Shown: piece after piece, positions 36,055-64,000 of the stretch | How positions within the stretch are numbered: position 1 is the stretch's first letter | Layout: each line of letters begins with the position of its first letter | Source: the human T2T-CHM13v2.0 reference genome, Homo sapiens | NCBI RefSeq assembly: GCF_009914755.1 | Contig: NC_060936.1 | Strand: one strand, 5' to 3' | DNA: 64,000 bases | Notes under the pieces: generated by a model | The model's database searches: none | The model's input: the letters and a program-made list of their open reading frames with translations, nothing else | Told to the model about the DNA's origin: nothing | Made by a program: the position numbers and the translations under genes

Positions 36055-36398
36055 GGGGGGACAGCAGAGCAGCCCTGCTGGAAGGAAGCAGTGCTCAGGT
36101 TGGGAAGTGGAGAAAGGCTCAGGACAAAGAGACACCAAGACTGGCCAGAGCTAGAAAGTGTCTTAGCTCTTGGAAACTTCGGTTGCCCTGAGCACACCTC
36201 ATCTTCACTCTTAAAGGATGTGGGTGATCCTCCTATTTTGAGGAGAAACAAGTCAGAGGAAAAAAACAGTCCAAACATCTCATTTGCTTTGGTATCTTCA
36301 TGACCTGAATTACTATTATTGTTGTTGTTGCTGTTTTTAATCTGCCCTTTCCCAGAATCACAAGGAAACCAGAAAGTTGATGGCTTCCAAAACAGTGA

Positions 36399-37017
<619 letters not shown>

Positions 37018-37171
37018 TGACATATCTTTTCTATCCTAAGGTTTTACCCTAAACCTATATTTGAGCTGAGGAAAAGGTCCTCCGTATCTTCTTGAGGGGA
37101 GAAAGGGTAAGGCAGAATAGCTGGTGATCTCTGGGACCCCTAAACCATTTTTCTTTTCTTTTTTTTTCTGA

Positions 37172-37333
<162 letters not shown>

Positions 37334-38939
37334 TAGAGACGGGGTTTCTTCATGTTGGCCAGGCTGATCTTGAACCCCTGACCTAAGGTGATCTGCCCAC
37401 CTTGGCCTCCCAAAGTGCTGGGATTACAGGCTTGAGCCAGCCACAGCGCCTGGTCACCATTTTTCTTATTAAAAGAATATATTGGTTGGGAAGCCAAGGC
37501 AGGCAGATGGCTTGAGCCCAGAAGTTTGAGACCAGCCTAGGCAACATGGCGAAAGCCCCGTCTCTACAAAAATTATAAAAATTAGCCAGGAGTGGTGGCA
37601 TGCACCTGTAGTCCCAGCTACTGGGGAGGCTGAGGTGGGAGGATCACCTGAACCTGGGGAGGTCAAGGCTGCAGTGAGCCATGATTACACCACTGCACCA
37701 TCCAGACTGGGTGACAGAGCGAGACTTTGTCTGAAAAAGAGAATATACTGGATGGGAGTCCAGGGAAACTGGACAGATTGACAAATAAGACAAAATCAGA
37801 GCAACTTTTTTTTTCTTTTTTAGAGTCCAGTCCAGGTATTGCTCTATCTCCCTGGCTGGAGTACAGTGGCCTGATCATGGCTCACCACAGCGTTTAACTC
37901 CTGGGTTCAAAAGATCCTCCTGCCTCAGCTTCTCAAGTAGCTGTGACTACTGGTGTGCACCACCATGCCTAGCTAAAATTTTTTTTTTTTTTTTTTGTAG
38001 AGATGAGGTTTCACTATGTTTCCCAGACTGGTCTTGAACTCTTGGTCTCAAGCAGTCCTCCCACCTCAGCCTCCCAAAGTGCTGTGATTAGAGGCATGAA
38101 CCACTGCACCTGGTTTATTTTTCACTTTTCTAATTCCAATGCAAAACACAAATAAAACATGTCCATCAGCTGAGCAGTAACTTTCCAAATCTAACCAAAA
38201 CTCCAGGAATTAGGCTTTATCTTGGGTTTAGGGGTAACATTAGTCCAAAAATTAGGGAAATAAGACATCTGATGCCTCCTAAAAATGGTACCAGTTCCTA
38301 CATATCATTATGGCCTAAAGTTTCCTCTGATGTCACTCACCTCAGGCACATGGCCAAAGGGACTAGGCCAATGGCAGGGTCCAGGGTCCCTCCCTCTATT
38401 TTTTTCGGTTCTTTCAGTTCCCAGGAGTGGCCCCTGACAACTAAGAGCAAAGACAGAAGCAGAGGAGTAAGTCTCCAGGGACACAGTGCCAACTTAGAAA
38501 CAGCAAGAACTAAGTGGAAAGGAGTCCAACACTGTCTGAAATTACTAGACCCCAAACCCCTGGGGAATCCCTAAGACAATATATATACATATACCTACAT
38601 GGATAAAATATACGTACACACACATACACGTATACCAGGCTGGAGTGCAGTTGGTACAATCACAGCTCACTGCAGCCTTGAACTCCCAAGCTCCAGCAAT
38701 CCTCCCACCTCGGACTCCTATATATCTGGGACTTCAGGCACGTACCACCACACCTGGCTAATTTTTAAAATTTTCTTGTAGAGAAGGGAACTCACTATGT
38801 TGGCCAGGCTGGTCTCGAGCTCCTGGGCTCAAGGGATCCTCCTGTCTAGGCCTCCCAGAGTGCTGAGCCACTGCACCCAGCCTCCTAGGACTCTATAGTT
38901 TCTGTGTAGCAACACTAGAAGGAGTGAAAGATTTAATCC

Positions 38940-41430
<2,491 letters not shown>

Positions 41431-41821
41431 TGGGTGGGGGGAGGGGGAGGGATAGCATTAGGAGATATAGCTAATGTTAAATGATGAGTTAATGGGTGCA
41501 GCACACCAAGATGACATATGTATACATATGTAAAAAACCTGCACGTTGTGCACATGTACCCTAAAACTTAAAGTATTAAAAAAAAAAAGTCAAAGAAAAA
41601 AAAGAGCTCTCATCATTTAGAGATTCATACTGAAATACTTATGGATGAAAATATATTATTTGCTTGAAAATGGTGGAGGTGAGAAAATGTGGAGTATATG
41701 ACTATGAATTGATAATTCTTGGAATTAGGTGATGAGAAATAGGTGTTTAATAGACTATTTTCTCTACTTTTTTATATATTTGAAATTTTCCATAATAAAA
41801 AGGTTTTTTTTTAAAAGAAAA
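41431..41821 (+). mobile_element. 5'-truncated L1PA 3' end with putative 3' transduction
   Basis: L1PA 3'UTR at about 41431-41578, poly(A), then about 220 bp of other sequence with AATAAA at 41794. TSD GAAAACTACA at 41421-41430 and 41822-41831. Confidence 0.75.
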
Positions 41822-41879
41822 GAAAACTACAAAACATTACTAAAAGAGATTAAAGGAGACTAAAGAAGATTAAAGAATG

Positions 41880-47690
<5,811 letters not shown>

Positions 47691-47799
47691 AGTGAGAAAA
47701 TGATTTTTTTCTAGGAGATTTTTTAAGATGAAGAAAATAAGTTTTCCAGTTGAGTGAACTCACAGGGTAACAGAAAATAGATGAATAAAGACCCATGCT

Positions 47800-48035
47800 T
47801 AGTGTCTTAGTCGGCTAGGGCTGCCATAACGCAAAACTACAGCCTGGATGTCTTATGGAATATAAATTTACTTCTGACAGTTCTGAAGTCTGGAAGTACA
47901 GGATTAAGGTGTCAGCAGTTTCAGTTGCTCCTGAGGCCTCTCTAATCGGCTTGCAGATTGCCATTTTCTCACTGTGTCCTCACATGGCACATGGCCATTC
48001 CTCTATCCCCATACACTCTGGGTGTCTCTTCCTTT
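47800..48035 (-). mobile_element. MLT1-type MaLR LTR fragment
   Basis: TGTCTTAGTCGGCTAGGGCTGCCATAAC...AGTTCTGAAGTCTGGAAGT..GATTAAGGTGTCAGCAG. Confidence 0.65.
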
Positions 48036-48194
48036 TTCCTTTTTTTTTTTTTTTTTGTGAGACAAGGTCTGATTCTGTTGCTCAGGCTGGAGTCTTGCTC
48101 TGTCGCCAGGCTGGAGTGCAGTGGCTCCTTCTGGCTCACTGCAACCTCCGCCTCCCGGGTTCAAGCAATTCTTCTGCCTCAGCGTCCTGAGTAG

Positions 48195-48320
<126 letters not shown>

Positions 48321-48474
48321 TAGACGGGGTTTCACCATGTTGGTCAGGCTGGTCTCGTACTTCTGACCTCATGATCTGCCCGCATCAGCCTCCCAAAGTG
48401 CTGGGATTACAGGTGTGAGCCACCACGCCCGGCCTGTTTGCTTCTTTTTGATAGGGATACTAGATTAGCTGTGA

Positions 48475-49396
48475 ATCCCAGCCTTCACTGCAGGTTTAAC
48501 ACAGAGAGCCTGTGGATCCCCCTGACAGCCTCAGTATGATCATCAGGAGGTCACAGCCAAGATCTATGGCTCCATATCTGCCTCATTCCTTGGGTTTGAC
48601 AGAGTAGTTCTGAGCAGCAGAGTACAAAGCTGTGCCTGAGTTTGTAGCAGATTCCCACTCCTGGTGACAGCTAGACTGCATTACAGACATGCTGCTTCTG
48701 CTCATGCCCACAGTCTACAGTAGAAAAGGTACACTTGCTCTGAATTAGGCTGAACCCTGCCTAGCAGCTACAGAACAGACATCAAGATATCCCCTGGGAA
48801 GCATCTACCTGGGCTGCTGTCCTTATGGCACCTTGTATCTGGTTGAATAAACACCGCATGTTTTCACATCCTCCAGCCTAGAGATGAAGCTCTGGGGTCT
48901 GGGAGTTAGCCTGGTGGTCAGCGTGCTCCAGGGCAATCCTCAGTGCAAGGTCTATCTGGATCCTTGGTAGAAGGACCAAGTGGGTGAGGCCAGGAAAGGT
49001 CTTTGGGAGCAGGGTCTGGCATAGTTAAGACCCTACAGAGCGCATCTGAATCCCTAGAGATTAGAAAAATGGCACCAAGGGTGTTTATCTAGGTTTCACA
49101 GGATGCAGCAGGAGGCAGTAAAGGAGCAGTCATCCTGGGTCTTAGGTGATGCCTTGCTGAGTCAGACTATGCTGGAATGAATGACAATACTCAAACTGTT
49201 TCTCCTGGTCTGAAAGGAGCCCAGGGCTCAGAAGACATCTCATGCAATAACCTTCAGCTTCTGTTCCTTTTAAGTTGGCCCCAAGAAAAGAGAATGGGAC
49301 TCAATTATTCTTCTTGGTCTCCCCATTCCAGATCACCAGACTTCCTCTGCTTCACTTCCTAATTATGAGGCCCAAATTACTACACAATCCCGTCAG
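48475..49396 (-). pseudogene. Unprocessed APOF-paralog pseudogene
   Basis: Colinear nucleotide similarity to APOF exon 2 (e.g. AGATCTATGGCTCCA, TACAAAGCTGTGCC, TTCCCACTCCTGG). A 16-nt exon-1 equivalent at 49381-49396 has ATG changed to CTG and retains the GTAAT donor. Indels present; 3' end lost near the MLT1/Alu. Confidence 0.85.
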
Positions 49397-50057
49397 TGAG
49401 AAGTGGGACTGCTCTGATAGGTGTAGACACTCTGCCCAGTTCCCTGTCCCATGAGGAGGGGAGGTGATTGTTTTCCCCGATACTCAGTTAAGGGACATAA
49501 TCTCTACAAATATTTGTCCTTTTGTTAAAATCTTCAGCCTCAAAAGACATTGGCATTTCCGTGTCCCTGTCACATTTCACCTCCAGTTCACAAAAGAGGC
49601 CACAGAGACCCAGAGTCAAGAGAAATAAGAAAACTGTGATTCTGATATAAAAGCAGCTTTTTATTTCTCTTTTCAGTTTGCAAATTAACATAAGCAAGCT
49701 ACAGCATTCGGGTGGGGAGTTAGAAAGTACAAAGAAGATGAATGGGGAAAGATAATACCCTTCATATCTAGTACATAATAAATCCACAGTATTTGACAAC
49801 TGAAAGAAAGATAAATTGGGGAGAAGAAATAGGAGCTAGGAACTACTAAGAGAGGGGCAAAACTGATTCTAGTCACATGTCTTTTAGCTCTGGAATCAAG
49901 TGAACATACATCTGTCCTAAGCTGTTCCCATCATTCTTTTTTCCTCTTCTTTCTCCTCCTCTGTTCAACATTTCTAACTACCTGCTATGCTATGCTGAGT
50001 CTCTGTACACAGGTCTATCAGAGACATTTGAGAAAGTAAATGTAGTGGTAGGCTAAA

Positions 50058-55529
<5,472 letters not shown>

Positions 55530-56089
55530 GGGGGGACAGCAGAGCAGCCCTGCTGGAAGGAAGCAGTGCTCAGGTTGGGAAGTGGAGAAAGGCTCAGGAC
55601 AAAAAGACACCAAGACTGGCCAGAGCTAGAAAGTGTCTTAGCTCTTGGAAATTTCAATTGCCCTGAACACACCTCACCCTCACTCTTAAAGGATGTAGGT
55701 GATCCTCACCTGCTCCAGAAAAACAAGCCAGGAGTTGGCCCAAGACACATTCTTTGCTTCAGTGTTTCCCTAATCTGAATGACTACTTTTTAGATCTGAC
55801 GTCTTTACCCCAGCCAAAAAAGCTGATGCCTTCTAAGAACAGTGAAGAATGTAACATTCACAAATATTTATCTACCTTTTCCTGGCCCAGAATTTGTCCT
55901 TCTCACCTTTGTCCCACGCCGACAAACATTTTTCCCTTCATGGCTTCTGCTTCTCCTGCCCCATATCCTTGTCACCCTAAGGATTTACCCTAGACCTAAA
56001 CTTAGATTTAAAAAGTTTCCTCTGTACCTTCTGAGGAAACAGGGAGGAGAGAAAGGCAGGGGTGCCTTTCACCTCTGGGTAGGAGAACT

Positions 56090-57463
<1,374 letters not shown>

Positions 57464-57957
57464 TTATCAGGTAGATGACTGGGAGAATAGAATCTATTAG
57501 CAAGTCAGACCAAATCAGAGTAACTTTTTAGTCTTTACCTATTTAATTCCAATGCAATACCCAAATTGAACACATTCATTACCATGCTAGAACCACTTTC
57601 TAAGCTTATATCAAAACAACATGAATTGGGCTTCATCTCTCTTCTAGGGGTATCTACAGTTTGGAAAATAGGGAAAGATGGCATATAGTTCCTCCTACAA
57701 CTGGTAAAAGGGCCCACATAATTGTACACTAATGGGAGGCACCTAATGGTTCCTCCCTGAGCTATGACCAACCTCTGGCAGACAGCCAAAGGAAACAGGC
57801 CAGTGAAGAAGTCCAGGCCAGGCCAGGTGCAATGGCTCTTGCCTGTAATCCCAACACTTTGGGAGGCTGAGGTGGGTGTATTACGTGAGGTCAGGAGTTT
57901 GAGACCAGCCTGGACAACATGGTGAAACCCTGTCATTACAAAAAAATACAAAAATTA

Positions 57958-58215
<258 letters not shown>

Positions 58216-58413
58216 CTAAAACTGAGAGAACTAGATGTAGAGATATCCAAACCTGTCACCCGAATCTCAAGCCTCTACTGCTGCTGCACAGCTCAGGGAG
58301 ATTTTTGGATCTTGTCTAAGTCTCCCATTTCTGACCTGAGTTCACCAACCATAACTGGACCCATCTCCTCCTCTAGCCTTCTGGTTCTTCAGCTGGCATC
58401 CTCATCCTCAGTA

Positions 58414-59125
<712 letters not shown>

Positions 59126-59597
59126 TATGAAACTGCCTTTTCTCAGAAATTCTTTGAATTTCTAACTCTGGCGCTTTGGGAATGACAGGGGAAATTGAAT
59201 GCATAAACATGGGAGGGGACAGGGAAAGTGGGGTTGAGTTTATCTTCAGGACTGAGGAGTAGAATGACAGAGGACATGAAGACAAAGGCAGGTCCCCCAA
59301 CCAGACCTCCTGCCCTTGTCTGCCACGTGTTCCTCATCAATGCCCAGCCGTTGTCACTTCTTGCGCACTTGGGTTTTCATTATTGTTGTTTGTTTTTAAC
59401 TAATAGAGTATTTTTTAGGGCAATTTTAGGTTTACAAAAACATTGAGCAGAAAGTAGAGTTCCCATATAATCCCTCTTCCCACACCCCTCAGTTTTCCCT
59501 ATTATTAACATCTTACATAGGTGTGCTACATTTGTTATAATTGATTATTGTATTATTATTATTGAGACAAGGTCTCACTCTGTCACCAAGGCAGTAG

Positions 59598-59717
<120 letters not shown>

Positions 59718-59945
59718 TAATATTCTGTAGAGACAGGGTCTCACTTTGTTGCCCAGGCTTGAGCTGATTCTGGAAGGATGGCTAGTGGTTGGATAGAACC
59801 CTCCAATAAAGAGACTGGCATGATCCACAGCTTGGGGCATGAAAAGGCCTGCTCTGTGTGGGTGACTGAAAATAGTCAAGGGGGGCTGGGAATGGTGGCT
59901 CACGCCTGTAATCCAGCACTTTGGGAGGCCAAGGTGGGTGGATCA

Positions 59946-60204
<259 letters not shown>

Positions 60205-60259
60205 TTAGTGACTCACGCCTATAATCCTAGCACTTTGGGAGGCCATGGCAGGCAGATCA

Positions 60260-60607
<348 letters not shown>

Positions 60608-61613
60608 TCAAAAAAAAAAAAAAAAAAAAAAAAAGGAAAGAAAGAAAGAAAGAAAAATTAGCCAGGTGTAATCCCATCTACTTGGGAGGCGCTGAGGCAC
60701 AAGAATTGATTGAACCTGGGAGGCGGAGTTTCAGTGAGCCAAGATCATGCCACCGCACTCCAGCCTGGGTGACAGAGCAAGACTGTCTCCAAACAAAAAA
60801 AAAAAAAAGAATTTCTGCAGACAGAATAGAAAATGAACTTGAACTAAGGAACTAAAGGAAGAAGAGATTAGAGGGAGGAACCCTAGAACCCTAGAGAGCC
60901 AGCTATTTTAAGAGTCTAGGTCAGGCCAGGCACAGTGGCTTATGCCTTTGGGAGTCCAAAGCAGGAGGATCACTTGGGCCCAGGGGATTGAGACCAGCCT
61001 GGACAGCATAGTGAGACCTTGTCTCTACAAAAACTTTCAAAGTAGCTGAGCATGATGGTGCATTCCTGTAGTCCCAGCTCCTTGGGAAGCTGAGGTGGGA
61101 GGATCACTTGAGCTCCAGAGGTCGAGGCTACGGTGAGCTGTAATTGCACCACCGCACTTCATCCTAGGTGACAGAAGGAGATCCTATCTCAAAAAAGGAA
61201 AAGAAAAAAAAAAGAAAAAGAAAAAAAGGAGGAGGGGATGCATTTTGGTGGTTGAACCAATGTATTATAGTATGTGTCTCATTCTCTTAAGCTCCGTCAG
61301 CAGCAGCTGCAGTAAAAACAACTTTATTTGATCTATGACCCTGGGTGGTGGAAGTTAAGGAGGAGGGAAGCAATTAGTTTCCTGGAGTCCCAACCTTAGT
61401 CCCAAGAGGTCTCTTTTACATACATGGAGAGCCAGTAGCTGAATGGGACAAAAAAGAACCCAGGAAGTAAGTGAAAGGTCTTTAGACAAAATGGGTATGG
61501 GGTTTCTTTTTGGGGTGAAGAAAATGTTCTGGAATTATTGGTGACAGTTGCACAAAACTGTAAATGTACTGAAAGATACTGAGTTGTACACTTCAAAATG
61601 GTTAAAATAGTGA

Positions 61614-62922
<1,309 letters not shown>

Positions 62923-64000
62923 TGACTATTTAAGGCAAAAATAATGTAGTTTATAACATATGTAAGTGTAAAATGTAACAATAGCACAAAGGCTGGGAGG
63001 GAGAAAATGGAAGTATACTATGGTTTCTTACACTGTAAATAGCACCTGAAGGTAGTCTGTAATAAATTAGAGATGATTACTATAAACCCTAAAGCAACAC
63101 TAAAATAACAAAGCAGGTGTGGCACAGTGGCTTATATCTGTAATCTCAGCACTTTTGAGGCTGAGGCAGGAGGATCACTTGAAGCCAGGAGTTTGAGATT
63201 AGCCTGAGCAACATAGCGAGATGCCATCTCTACAAAAAATAAAAAATGTTATTCAGGGGCTGGGTGCAGTGGCTCACATCTGTAATCTCAGGACTTTGAG
63301 AAGCTGAGGCAGAAGGATTATGTGAGCCCAGAAGTTCAAGACCAGCCTGGGCAACATACGGAGCCTCCATCTCTATAAAAAATAAAAAATTAGCCAGGTG
63401 TGATGGCACAAACCTGTGGTCTCAGCTACTTGAAGGTGGGAGGATCACTTGGATGTGGGAGGTGGAGACTGCAGTGAGCCATGATTGCACCACTGCACTC
63501 CAGCCTGGGTGATAGAGCAAGACCATGTCTAAAAAAAAAAAAAAAAAGCCAGATGTAGCAGCACATACCTGTAGTCCCAGCTACTTGGGAGGCCAAGGTG
63601 GGAAGATTGCTTGAGCCCAGGAGTTTGAGACTGCAGTGAGTCATAATTGCAAAATGCACTCCACACTGGGTGACAGAGCAAGACCCTGTTACAGAAAGGG
63701 AAAAACAAAACAAAACAAAACAAAAACAGAAGATAGAATTATAAAAAAATACTGAGTTAAACCCAAAGAAGAGCTGGGTGCAGTGGTTCATGCCTACAAT
63801 CCCAGCACTTTGGGAGGCCGAGGTGGGCAGATCATAAGGTCAGAAGATCAAGACCATCCTGGCTAACACAGTGAAACCCCGTCTCTACTAAAAATATAAA
63901 AAATTAGCTGGGTGTGGTGGTGGGCACCTGTAGTCCCAGCTACTCGGGAGGCTGAGGCAGGAGAATGGTGTGAACCCAGGAGGCAGAGGTTGCAGTGAGC

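Overview
Human (primate) genomic DNA, very Alu-rich. Gene content and order (PAN2 5' end, IL23A, STAT2, APOF) match the known chr12q13.3 locus. Reconstructed from splice sites: the first coding exons of PAN2 (minus), complete IL23A (plus, 189 aa), complete 24-exon STAT2 (minus, 851 aa) and complete APOF (minus, 326 aa). Beyond APOF lies a decayed apolipoprotein F/N family cluster: an ApoN-like pseudogene, an APOF-paralog pseudogene, and a second ApoN-like pseudogene split by a TBCCD1 retrocopy. Together these look like an old tandem duplication of an [APOF + APON] unit. Most notable unexplained structures: a 74-bp-arm near-perfect inverted repeat with a nested hairpin about 1 kb upstream of IL23A; a 106-bp copy of STAT2 SH2 exon 20 in intron 22 with its own splice signals; twin signal-peptide short ORFs and a 130-bp near-identical tract shared by the two ApoN-like copies; an L1 3' transduction; a templated Alu-to-Alu insertion; and a recent 431-bp tandem duplication. 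All coordinates were read by eye, and repeat boundaries are approximate.
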